Positions 1 to 8,155 of a stretch of DNA of 64,000 nt are shown one piece after another (the first letter of the stretch is position 1; each line of letters opens with the position of its first letter). This DNA comes from Candidatus Peregrinibacteria bacterium (lineage in GTDB: Bacteria > Patescibacteriota > Gracilibacteria > UBA1369 > JABINC01). A program made the translations under genes and the position numbers. The stretch lies in NCBI GenBank assembly GCA_030700255.1, contig JAUYJN010000043.1:16785-80784 (forward strand), read 5' to 3'. The notes beneath the pieces were generated by a model. That model made no database searches. It was not told where the DNA came from and was given only the letters and a program-made list of their open reading frames with translations.

Positions 1-1990
1 CTGTTCCAACTACCGGAGCACTTGGTCTAAGTAGAGGTACTGCTTGACGTTGCATGTTCGATCCCATAGATGCACGAGTATTATCATCATGCTCGAGGAA
101 TGGAATAAGTGCAGTCGTTACAGATATAATTTGTTTTGGTGATATATCGATATGTGTAACATCATCTATATGCATAGATCCCGGCTCTCCATCCTTTCTT
201 GCCGCAACACGATTTGTTGTGAATTCCCACATATCATTTATTTCTGAACTTGCTTGCGCAATCACTAAAACTTTTTCTTTTTCCGCATCGAAATATTCAA
301 TTTTAGTTCCAACATATGGATCAACTTTTACCTCATCAAGATTTTTGATTTTTTCAATTTTCTCAGCAAGTTTTTCATCTATTACCGTACCTGATTTAAT
401 TATTACAGACTCCCCTTTCTTTACAGTCTCCCTTATAGTTCTTCCTACTAAATCTTTTGCTTTGTTTTTGACAGTTCTAAGTACCGGTCTAAATGGAGTT
501 TCAATAAATCCATATTGGTTTACTTTCGCATATGTCGCCAAATGAACCACAAGTCCGATATTTGGACCTTCCGGAGTTGCAATAGGACAGATACGCCCAT
601 AATGAGAAGCATGCACATCACGAACGTCAAACGACGCACGCTCTCTCGAAAGTCCACCAGGTCCCATAGCAGAAAGCCTTCTTTTATGAGCAAGTTCTGA
701 TAGTGGGTTTGTCTGATCCATGAACTGTGATAATTGAGAGCTTGAGAAAAATTCTCTAAGCGCCGCAGTTATTGGACGAGAATTAACCAGTTGTGTAGGT
801 GTGATAGTATCTAGGTCCATTACAGTCATACGGTCTTTAGCAATTCTTTCCGTACGAAGTAGACCAACTCTGAATTTGTTTTGCACAAGTTCTCCAACTG
901 ATCTAACACGACGATTTGCCAAATGATCGATATCATCAGGCCCAGCTTGTTTGTTATTTATCGCTATAAGATGTTTTAAAATTAAAATAAAATCATCTAC
1001 TTGGAAAACGTGATTTTTTCTTACGTTCTTAACATCAAGTCCGAATCTGTTATTTAATTTGTATCTTGCTACGTTACCCATGTCATATTTCTTGTAATCA
1101 AAGAACATAGATTCAACCAATGATTTTGCATTTTCGGTTGTAGCCATGTCTCCAGGTCGTAGTTTTTTGTAAATACTTTTAAGAGCTTCTTCGACTGTTT
1201 TAGCAGAATCCTTCTCAAGTGTATTTAAAATATAATTAGCTTCCGGATTTATGTTTAATTCATCTTTGAATAAACCTAGGATATCTTTGTCTTTTTCGTA
1301 TCCGAATACTCGAAGTAGAGATGTTACAGGAATCTTTCTTTTACGATCTATCTTTACATATATAATACCTTTCTTGTCAGTTTCAACTTCTAGCCACACT
1401 CCACGTTTTGGAATTATTTTCGCACTTCCAAATTGAGGTGCAGCCGGATTGAGTGAGAAGAAAACACCGGTTGATCTAACTATCTGAGATACAACGACTC
1501 TTTCAATTCCATTAACAATGAATGTACCTTTGTCAGTCATAAGTGGGACAGATCCCAGGAATACATCTTGCTCTTTAATTTCACCACTCTCTTTATTAAT
1601 AAGTTGAACGTGTACTTTCAATGGTGCTTCGAATGATAAATTCTTTCTTCTTGCTACTTTTGGATCGTATTTTGCTTCACCAATTTCGTGATCCAGGAAA
1701 TGCAGTTCGATTTTTTTACCGGAGAAATCTGTAATTGGAGTTACTTCGTCAAGAAGTTCTCTAATTCCGTTTTCTAGGAAATCCTTATATGAATTGAGTT
1801 GTACCTCAATCAAATTTGGAATATGTGAATCGAACGGGTCAGCAGAAAAACACACTCTGCCATTTTTTAACCTTGGTAAGTGAAGTTTCTTTGTACCGCC
1901 TTTCTTTGAACCGTCTTTCTTTGGTGCCGCATTCGGCTTTACCACTTTTGCTGAGCTTGTTTTTGGGCTCACAGTTTTCTCTTTGGCCAT
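1..1990 (-). CDS. rpoB: DNA-directed RNA polymerase subunit beta, N-terminal ~663 codons (gene runs off the left edge)
   Basis: Own translation of the minus strand from ATG at 1988-1990 (MAKEKTVSPK...). It contains the blocks GTFIVNGIERVVVSQ, RRLSAMGPGGLSRERA and HASHYGRICPIATPEGPNIGL. It is missing from the ORF track only because no stop lies inside the window. Confidence 0.95.
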   Translation of the reverse strand, partial: MAKEKTVSPKTSSAKVVKPNAAPKKDGSKKGGTKKLHLPRLKNGRVCFSADPFDSHIPNLIEVQLNSYKDFLENGIRELLDEVTPITDFSGKKIELHFLDHEIGEAKYDPKVARRKNLSFEAPLKVHVQLINKESGEIKEQDVFLGSVPLMTDKGTFIVNGIERVVVSQIVRSTGVFFSLNPAAPQFGSAKIIPKRGVWLEVETDKKGIIYVKIDRKRKIPVTSLLRVFGYEKDKDILGLFKDELNINPEANYILNTLEKDSAKTVEEALKSIYKKLRPGDMATTENAKSLVESMFFDYKKYDMGNVARYKLNNRFGLDVKNVRKNHVFQVDDFILILKHLIAINNKQAGPDDIDHLANRRVRSVGELVQNKFRVGLLRTERIAKDRMTVMDLDTITPTQLVNSRPITAALREFFSSSQLSQFMDQTNPLSELAHKRRLSAMGPGGLSRERASFDVRDVHASHYGRICPIATPEGPNIGLVVHLATYAKVNQYGFIETPFRPVLRTVKNKAKDLVGRTIRETVKKGESVIIKSGTVIDEKLAEKIEKIKNLDEVKVDPYVGTKIEYFDAEKEKVLVIAQASSEINDMWEFTTNRVAARKDGEPGSMHIDDVTHIDISPKQIISVTTALIPFLEHDDNTRASMGSNMQRQAVPLLRPSAPVVGT

Positions 1991-2039
1991 GTAGATGTAA
2001 TTAATTGTAATTTTTTTTCACAGTTTAAATCGCATGGTT

Positions 2040-2215
2040 TGTTTGGCCGTATGAGAAACTTTTGGGTTTCTTCATAGTCCCGTGAGGGAGCAGGGCCACC
2101 ATGCAATAACACAATCGAAATGTATCTCGCGAATTTGCGAGACGGTGGGCGGTATGTGCGAACTAAAAGGATACACGCGCACAGGATTCTAAAGGCTCGT
2201 GTCGCCGAAGTCAAA
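2040..2215. other. GC-rich hairpin-dense spacer between the pilin-like ORF and rpoB (rpoB leader or small RNA; strand unresolved)
   Basis: Local GC is clearly above the flanks. Hairpins: 2051-2075; CCC-GUGA-GGG at 2079-2088; TCTCGC/GCGAGA at 2125-2142; TGTGCG/CGCACA at 2155-2183. The track ORF 1969..2214 (-) has no recognisable family and looks spurious. Confidence 0.3.
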
Positions 2216-2220
2216 CGATT

Positions 2221-2373
2221 TTACTTGTTTTTATAAAGTTCGTGAGATGGTATCAAAATAGAAGCTGAACCATCTGTCGAATTATTCTTACTTAAGATGG
2301 CGAGGGCTATGACTCCTGCGAGTAATACTATAACGATAACTATTTCTATAGCTGTAAAAGCTTGTTTATTCAT
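2221..2373 (-). CDS. 50-aa protein with a type IV prepilin-like N-terminus
   Basis: Own translation: MNKQAFTAIEIVIVIVLLAGVIALAILSKNNSTDGSASILIPSHELYKNK*. QA/FTAIE followed by a hydrophobic helix matches the prepilin cleavage/methylation motif. It is below the ORF-track length cutoff. Confidence 0.5.
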   Translation of the reverse strand: MNKQAFTAIEIVIVIVLLAGVIALAILSKNNSTDGSASILIPSHELYKNK

Positions 2374-2446
2374 AATTTATTTCTATTGGTTTCGCATTGT
2401 AGCATCTTTGTCTGCTTTGTAAAAAGAAAATTGGGATTTTAAGGAA

Positions 2447-2477
2447 ATGAAAAACCCCTTATTCAGGGGTTTTTCAT
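2447..2477. terminator. Intrinsic-terminator-like hairpin with flanking A/T runs (bidirectional shape)
   Basis: GAAAAACCCCT-tattc-AGGGGTTTTTC, with A-run upstream and T-run downstream. It lies about 65 nt after the stop of the 2541..3287 (-) gene. Confidence 0.5.
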
Positions 2478-2540
2478 TTTGATTCGAGGATAGGTGGCAT
2501 GAACAGCATTAATTAATGGCTTTGTGTTTTGGTTTTATTT

Positions 2541-3287
2541 CTATTTTGCGAGATATTTTTTACAGAATGCTATGCTATCTTTCAAACTTTTGAGCACCGC
2601 ATCATCAGCTCCTATTTGTAAATGTTTCGGGTTAATTTTTATAGATAGTGAACCTTTGTAGCCTTCTTCCGTTAGTTTGGTAAGGAAGCTTTCCATAGGT
2701 AAGAGTCCATCATGTGGTGGATATCCTCCATGACCTTTTTTAACATTTGAAATATGTATATGCACCAAATATTTCATCATTTTCTTGAGGGTAGTTATTA
2801 GGTCTTCTTTTTTGTCTACAGTTCTACCTGTATCGAGACATGCATGTTTGAACTTTTTTAATTCTGAAAGATTGTTCATCGCGTGTTCAGGGAAAATTCC
2901 AAGTATTGTAGTCGATGGGGCATTCTCCATGGCGATAGATATTCTTTCTTCTTTCCTTATTCTTGGAACTTCGTTTTTTAGCCAGTTTGTTAGTTTCACT
3001 TCATAAACTTTTGGTGATTGAAGTATAAGTATCTTCGCACCTATTTCTTTTGTGAGTTCTATGTATTCAAGTATTTTTTTCTGACCGGTACTCTCAGGAA
3101 CTTGCACTGAAATTATTTCTACACCAAACTCATTGATTAGCTCTTTTAAGTAATGTGCATTTTTTGTATCAAAATCCTTTTCTATAACTTGTAAATCTAC
3201 ACCGTCAAAACCAGCTTCTTTCGCAAATTCGAAGACTCTGTTTAGTCCGTACCCTCGGAGGCTGTCTGTTGATAAGACGATTTTCAT
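2541..3287 (-). CDS. Sugar phosphate isomerase/epimerase (xylose isomerase-like TIM barrel) family protein
   Basis: 248-aa ORF. The N-terminal pattern LNRVFEFAKEAGFDGVDL and overall layout resemble the AP endonuclease 2 / xylose isomerase-like TIM-barrel family. Confidence 0.65.
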   Translation of the reverse strand: MKIVLSTDSLRGYGLNRVFEFAKEAGFDGVDLQVIEKDFDTKNAHYLKELINEFGVEIISVQVPESTGQKKILEYIELTKEIGAKILILQSPKVYEVKLTNWLKNEVPRIRKEERISIAMENAPSTTILGIFPEHAMNNLSELKKFKHACLDTGRTVDKKEDLITTLKKMMKYLVHIHISNVKKGHGGYPPHDGLLPMESFLTKLTEEGYKGSLSIKINPKHLQIGADDAVLKSLKDSIAFCKKYLAK

Positions 3288-3392
3288 AATTTTGTTTGTA
3301 TTTGTTTTAACTGTCCGAAATATAGTAACAAATTTTTACGATTGCAACAAGAAAAGTTAATTGATTTGACAAATCTACTTGAATCATTATAA

Positions 3393-3767
3393 ATGAGTAT
3401 AGTTTTATTAAATTATCTGATTTATATGTCCATTGAAGCTTATGAAGATTTAGATGGTACCTTGGATTACTTTCTAAGGGTAGAGAGTGGTGAGGTTGAT
3501 TATGTCGTTTGGAATCAACTGGTAAGATATGAATTGTTTAGAGTATTAAATCAAGGTGGGTTGTATTATTTGGAATTGATGAGGGATCTAGGCCTGCAAA
3601 AATTGAATGATTTGTCGAATTGTGAATTGACTGATGAAGAGCCTATTTTAAACAATTTAGCCGTACCACCAGCGCAACCTTTTACTAGGTCTCTAGGTGA
3701 TAATTTTGAAAAAATCCCTAAACCAACGAGGTGGCGTAAGAGAGATAGAAGAGGTATTTTACCTTAA
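3393..3767 (+). CDS. Hypothetical protein (124 aa)
   Basis: Intact ORF in an otherwise empty gap. No family recognised. The start is uncertain (an internal Met is at codon 12). Confidence 0.35.
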   Translation: MSIVLLNYLIYMSIEAYEDLDGTLDYFLRVESGEVDYVVWNQLVRYELFRVLNQGGLYYLELMRDLGLQKLNDLSNCELTDEEPILNNLAVPPAQPFTRSLGDNFEKIPKPTRWRKRDRRGILP

Positions 3768-3779
3768 ATGTGTAAATAG

Positions 3780-5060
3780 CTATACTTTACTAGCTTGCTT
3801 TATAGTCGTTCTTCCCTCCATGTAGTCTTGAAGTACTTCAGGGATATTTATAGAGCCATCGGCGTTTTGGTTGTTTTCGATTAGTGCGATGAGGAAGCGA
3901 GGCGTCGCTATCGCTGTGTTGTTGAGTGTGTAGCAGAATTTGATTTTGCCTTCAGAGTCTTTGTATCGTAGGTTCAGACGTCGAGCTTGAAAGTCTTTGA
4001 ATGAAGTAGCTGAGTGTGTTTCGCCATATCCGTTGCGTGACGGCATCCAGCATTCGATGTCATGCGAAGTGTATTTGCCAAGTGCGAGATCCCCCGTGCA
4101 AAGTTGAAGCAGCCTGTATGGGATTTTCAAATCATCCAATACCTCCTGCGCATTATTTAAAATTGTTTCATGCCATTTGTCAGATTGTTCTGTATCCGCC
4201 GCAAGAACTACTACTTGTTCCACTTTGTTAAATTGATGGATTCTATAAAGTCCTTTGGTGTCCTTGCCATAACTTCCCGCTTCGCGGCGGAAGCATGGCG
4301 ACATCGCGACATATGTTTTTGGTAATTCATCTTCAGATAAAATTTCATCTTTGTGGTATGCGGTTAGTGGTATTTCAGCTGTCGCGATGAGCCATTTGTC
4401 ATCACGTTCCAGATTGTATGCATCATCCTCCCCTCCAGGGAAATATCCGGTGCCACGCAAACAATCTGTGTCTACCATGTATGGCACAAGCATAGGTGTA
4501 AATCCTTTTCCTACAATTTTTTTAAATGTGTATTGAAGTACCGCTTGTTCGAGAAGAGCCCCATCTCCTTTGAGGAAATAGCTCCTTGCACCTGATAATT
4601 TCACTCCGCGTTCAACATCGACCATATCATGCATTTCCATAAGCGTCATGTGATCCTTTGGTTCAAAACCAAACGCAGGGATTTCACCACGAGTATAAAC
4701 TTCTACATTTTCAGTTTCATCTTTTCCGATTGGAGTGTCCTCTCTAACCGGCATAGGCACTCTGAGCATAAGCGTTTCAAACTCTTCCAGAATTCCTCGC
4801 AATTTTTCATCCGCTTCTTTTTCTTTGTCTCCAACCATTTTCATTTCCAGTATCGCTTCTTGTTTTCCCGTTCCTTCCAGCACCGCTATTTTTTCGGATG
4901 CCTTGTTTTTTTCAGCTTTTAATTCTTCTGTTTGTTGAATAAGTGTACGACGTTCTTCATCCACCTCAAGTAATCGATCTATATCAACAGTGGATTTTTT
5001 TTGTCCACACGTTTTCTTGATCAGATCTACGTTTTCGCGAATGAATTTTATGTCGAGCAT
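3780..5060 (-). CDS. serS: Serine--tRNA ligase
   Basis: 426 aa. N-terminal coiled-coil arm (MLDIKFIRENVD...) and a class II core (FRREAGSYGKDTKGLYRIHQFNKVE, GETHSATS). Confidence 0.95.
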   Translation of the reverse strand: MLDIKFIRENVDLIKKTCGQKKSTVDIDRLLEVDEERRTLIQQTEELKAEKNKASEKIAVLEGTGKQEAILEMKMVGDKEKEADEKLRGILEEFETLMLRVPMPVREDTPIGKDETENVEVYTRGEIPAFGFEPKDHMTLMEMHDMVDVERGVKLSGARSYFLKGDGALLEQAVLQYTFKKIVGKGFTPMLVPYMVDTDCLRGTGYFPGGEDDAYNLERDDKWLIATAEIPLTAYHKDEILSEDELPKTYVAMSPCFRREAGSYGKDTKGLYRIHQFNKVEQVVVLAADTEQSDKWHETILNNAQEVLDDLKIPYRLLQLCTGDLALGKYTSHDIECWMPSRNGYGETHSATSFKDFQARRLNLRYKDSEGKIKFCYTLNNTAIATPRFLIALIENNQNADGSINIPEVLQDYMEGRTTIKQASKV

Positions 5061-5128
5061 GTATATGTGGTTATTGGAAAAAACGTGTATATCTTAATAG
5101 AGGTCTGGATGTATTGCAACGTGGGTAT

Positions 5129-5401
5129 TCATCCTGTTCCTAATCGATTGTGTGTGCCAGCATATCTGATAAATATATTTTTATCGTCTATACGGAAAAT
5201 AATTCTATAATCTTTGTTCATTTTTATCTCAAGGTATTTGAATTTTTTAAATTCACCTTTGAGAGTGTCAATAGGGTATGGAAAATTAGTGGTTCCATTT
5301 TCAATAAAATGTTCAAAACAAACCAGCGTCTTTTTTCGTATATGCTTAGGCGCCTTCCTCAATTCTTTTTGAGCATCTTTATGTAGGTGGAGGGTAAACA
5401 T
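5129..5401 (-). CDS. RelE/ParE-superfamily type II toxin
   Basis: 90 aa. ...KDYRIIFRIDDKNIFIRYAGTHNRL is the typical RelE/StbE C-terminal pattern. It sits 3 nt downstream of a RelB/DinJ-like ORF. Confidence 0.75.
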   Translation of the reverse strand: MFTLHLHKDAQKELRKAPKHIRKKTLVCFEHFIENGTTNFPYPIDTLKGEFKKFKYLEIKMNKDYRIIFRIDDKNIFIRYAGTHNRLGTG

Positions 5402-5404
5402 ACA

Positions 5405-5641
5405 TTAATCTATGTCGAGTAGGGATTTTAAATGTTTTTTTGATTTGATTTTTGTGTAATTTGTTAGTGTGTCATTCTCCTCCAAATTAAGTTCAAATGG
5501 AACCTTTTTTTTAAGAATGATTTGTTTATAGAAAATTGTAATTGCTTGAGTATGATTCATCCCAAGAGCTTCTAGAATGTTTTCAGCGTCTTTTTTTAAT
5601 TTTGGTTCAATTCTTGCATGAATCATTGATGTTTTTGGCAT
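5405..5641 (-). CDS. RelB/DinJ-family antitoxin
   Basis: 78 aa. The N-terminus MIHARIEPKLKKDAENILEALGMNHTQAITIFYKQI matches the DinJ/RelB ribbon-helix-helix pattern. It is paired with the downstream toxin. Confidence 0.75.
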   Translation of the reverse strand: MPKTSMIHARIEPKLKKDAENILEALGMNHTQAITIFYKQIILKKKVPFELNLEENDTLTNYTKIKSKKHLKSLLDID

Positions 5642-5658
5642 TTTTTAATATTAAAAAT

Positions 5659-5696
5659 TGTGTACACATCGTATCACGTTTGATATACAAGATCAA
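5659..5696 (-). promoter_or_regulatory. Sigma70-like promoter plus palindromic operator for the relBE-like pair
   Basis: Minus strand: TTGATC (5691-5696), 17-nt spacer, TACGAT (5668-5673). A 10-bp perfect palindrome TGTGTACACA (5659-5668) abuts the -10 element. Confidence 0.45.
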
Positions 5697-5876
5697 GGTT
5701 AAGAATTTGTTATTTTTTTAACTCTCCGCCCCATTTGTCCACACCGAGTACGTCGTAAAGCTCTTCAATTTGCGCTATTTCCCTACCAATTGCCTATTTG
5801 CATGAATGTTTCGGACGGAGCGTTGTTTTTTCCGCATGATGAGTTACGTGATACTGTCCAAGGGATTATTCTTATA

Positions 5877-6163
5877 TTACCCAAAAAGATTCGAGTGATT
5901 GTCAGTTGCACAAAAAGTCATTGTTTCGGTTTGATCCGGATTTTGGTCTACTCTATATATCAAAAGCCAATTGCCTTCGATGTGGCATTCTCTGTATTTC
6001 GCCATTTCTCCTTGCAGTGCGTGATCTTTATGTGAAGGATTTAATTTCTCACCATCAATAAGCATATCCATAACATTTTTGAGTTTTCGCATATCTCTTC
6101 TGCCGGAATTTCTCAATTTCTTATAATCTTTCAGAAATTTTTCCCGTAAATTATTTCTCTCAT
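5877..6163 (-). pseudogene. yafQ: YafQ-family toxin gene interrupted by a 1-nt frameshift in an A5 run
   Basis: ATG at 6161-6163 reads MREIIYGKNF* (stop at 6131-6133). The -1 frame continues ...EKFLKDYKKLRNSGRRDMRKLKNVMDMLIDGEKLNPSHKDHALQGEMAKYRECHIEGNWLLIYRV...NLFG. Both parts align to YafQ (E. coli MIQRDIEYSGQYSKDVK...KDHPLQG..YRD.H.EPDW.LIY). One extra A in the run at 6138-6142 would restore a single 95-aa ORF. Confidence 0.7.
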
Positions 6164-6190
6164 AGCGATTGGTGATGAGAGAGAATTATC

Positions 6191-6454
6191 TTAAAGCTTA
6201 TCCAAAAAGTCAAACGCATCTTTTTTATTCTTGAATCTTACAGAGCCTTTATTTTTTTCTATATCTTTTAAAGCTTTTGCGAGCTCCGCATTCGGTACTT
6301 TTGAAGGCAAAAAGGGGAAACCCTGAGCCCTTTTGATTTCCGTGTAGAATATGGTGATCGCTTGCGCCGGTTTGATACCCTGTCCTTCCAGAATCATCTC
6401 CGCTTCTTTTTTGAGATTCGAATCTATGCGATGCTGTATTCGAGTTGATGGCAT
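6191..6454 (-). CDS. dinJ: DinJ/RelB-family antitoxin
   Basis: 87 aa. RIQHRIDSNLKKEAEMILEGQGIKPAQAITIFYTEI matches the DinJ fold pattern. It lies directly upstream of the yafQ-like gene. Confidence 0.8.
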   Translation of the reverse strand: MPSTRIQHRIDSNLKKEAEMILEGQGIKPAQAITIFYTEIKRAQGFPFLPSKVPNAELAKALKDIEKNKGSVRFKNKKDAFDFLDKL

Positions 6455-6521
6455 GTGAATGTTTTATTAATTGGTGACGTTTGCACCCTAATTGTACTCC
6501 AAGTTTCAAATATGGTCAAAC

Positions 6522-6713
6522 AAAAAGTCTGCCCGCCAAGTTCTATAATAAAGTCGACCACTTTGAGTTTAAATAGGTATACACAATAGAAATTGATTGA
6601 TGTCAAAAATTTCGGTGCCGAAAAAATGGACGGAGCGGGGTGGATATTGTGAGATGTTATTTCCATGCGTTCATCGAGTATTATGCACGGCCTCCGCGCG
6701 GAGGGTCAGAGAG
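6522..6713 (+). repeat. Mosaic intergenic repeat, copy A (modules M4-fragment, M1, M2, M6)
   Basis: Shares M1+M2 with 9657-9743 (about 5 mismatches in 87 nt by eye). Contains the palindromes TTTCGGTGCCGAAA (6610-6623) and CCTCCGCGCGGAGG (6691-6704). M6 (6688-6713) is identical to 7907-7932. Confidence 0.85.
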
Positions 6714-7545
6714 CTTTTTTTATGCTCTTCTCTCTTTTCAAATAATTCTTTTGGCTCACGATTTTTTGTCCGGTTTGTTGTTCGAGTTCGAGCCGTGCTT
6801 TTTTTGAGATACCTCCGCCGATTTTGCCTGCAATTTTATTTTCAGTCATTCCGGTCGCTTCTACACTTTGTGCGATTTGTCTTGTCGAAAGTTCCGCGAG
6901 AGCGGTGAATATTAATTCGGCTTCAGTCATATGGTCACGTAGATTTTGAGTTTTCAATCCTTTGATTTTTTTGTGATTTTTTACGCTTAAGTCAGTCCAC
7001 TCTTTGTGTATAATGTCTGTTAAAATAGCAAATTCCCGTCCTTCTTTTATATCATGTACGCTCCAATAGTCGGTGAGTTTATTGCGTGTTTCTTGTCCCA
7101 TCATCCTTTGTTCTATCCACTTCTTGCTTCGGCCGTGCTTCTGCCAGTTTTCTCTTGCGCGATTGAGAGATTTTTCCGGATCGGAAATTTCTTGTACTCG
7201 TTCATACCCGACTTTTGCCAGCCAGAGCTTGACCGGTTCGGCCTTTGGAGAAGGAACGGATTGGATGAGGCGGAGAAGGGTTTCTACATCAGCCACATCT
7301 GTGAGGTATTTTTTGCCATCCGCAGCCTCTAATTTCAGTTTGTCACATTTTGTGACAGACTCATTTCCCTCTTTTTTTAAGCGATTTTTCAAGGTAGTCC
7401 AATAACTTTGAGCTTTTTTAAAATCCTGTTGTTCAGTTAAGGCGGCGATAATATCTATTACCGAAAAATACCATGTTTCTGTTTTTTCATCGTAATGCCT
7501 GCGAATTCTGAAATTTTCAAATATAGCGAGTGTACTCTGTTCCAT
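6706..7545 (-). CDS. Bro-N domain protein / DNA-damage-inducible protein D (DinD)-like
   Basis: 279 aa. The N-terminus FENFRIRRHYDEKTETWYFSVIDIIAALT...VETLLRLIQSVPSPKAEPVKLWLA is a typical Bro-N (antirepressor-type) domain. The C-terminal half resembles DinD-family proteins. Confidence 0.7.
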   Translation of the reverse strand: MEQSTLAIFENFRIRRHYDEKTETWYFSVIDIIAALTEQQDFKKAQSYWTTLKNRLKKEGNESVTKCDKLKLEAADGKKYLTDVADVETLLRLIQSVPSPKAEPVKLWLAKVGYERVQEISDPEKSLNRARENWQKHGRSKKWIEQRMMGQETRNKLTDYWSVHDIKEGREFAILTDIIHKEWTDLSVKNHKKIKGLKTQNLRDHMTEAELIFTALAELSTRQIAQSVEATGMTENKIAGKIGGGISKKARLELEQQTGQKIVSQKNYLKREKSIKKAL

Positions 7546-7659
7546 AAATTATCGGGTTATTTTTTCACATAAATGATCGTGGAAAAGAAGTATCCTGAAG
7601 ATTTTTACGAAAGTCAAAGATTTTAGGATTAGTTTAAGAATTGTTTAGAACTATCACTA

Positions 7660-8016
7660 TACGTTTGAATATTTGCCATGGTGAATGAAGTCGACCGATG
7701 TCAAAAATTTCGGCGCCGAAAAAATGGACAAGTGTTGCGAGATATTGCGTTTTATCTTATTCCCCCTCTGTACGAAAAAGTCTGCCCGCTCGTCCCGCCT
7801 TGGCGGTGTGGCAGACTTTCATGGTCGATTTTTGGCTTGTGGCGGGGGTTATGGCATCATATACTGCGTTCGTCGAGTTTTCGCATGAATGTTAATGCAT
7901 TATGTACGGCCTCCGCGCGGAGGGTCAGAGAGTCGAATGACAAAATGAGAATATGTCAAAAATTTCTGCACCGAAAAAATGGACAAGTATTGCGAGGTGT
8001 GGTGTGAAGTGTTGTT
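7660..8016 (+). repeat. Mosaic intergenic repeat, copies B and B' (diverged M1, M2, M3, M4, M5, M6, then a second M2/M3')
   Basis: TTTCGGCGCCGAAA at 7708-7721 and TTTCTGCACCGAAA at 7963-7976 (255-nt period). Hairpin AAGTCTGCC..GGCAGACTT at 7778-7818. CCTCCGCGCGGAGG at 7910-7923. 7730-7828 matches 9744-9819. Confidence 0.85.
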
Positions 8017-8155
8017 TGTTATAAAAACTCATTTTCTTTCTTAACTATAAATAACACCTACAGGTTTTTGCAACGGTTTCAGTGACAGTACGTACGTAGA
8101 CATCTTGTACGGACCAGTATATAAGGCTTGTTACAGTTTAATATTTATTTATGAC

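Noticed and set aside
2066-2103. SRP (4.5S) RNA helix-8-like motif: GUCCC-GUGA-GGG-AGCAG
   Set aside because: The GNRA loop plus AGCAG resembles domain IV. However, the 5' side of the symmetric loop (UAGU instead of CAGG) and the next helix do not pair, and no 5'/3' closing helix could be drawn. This is not enough to call ffs.
5697-5850. Possible small frameshifted gene downstream of yafQ (MRKKQRSVRNIHANRQLVGK* continuing in another frame as ...EIAQIEELYDVLGVDKWGGELKK*)
   Set aside because: Both pieces are very short with no recognisable family, and the join requires an assumed indel. It is most likely a decayed remnant, and the evidence is too weak to report as a feature.
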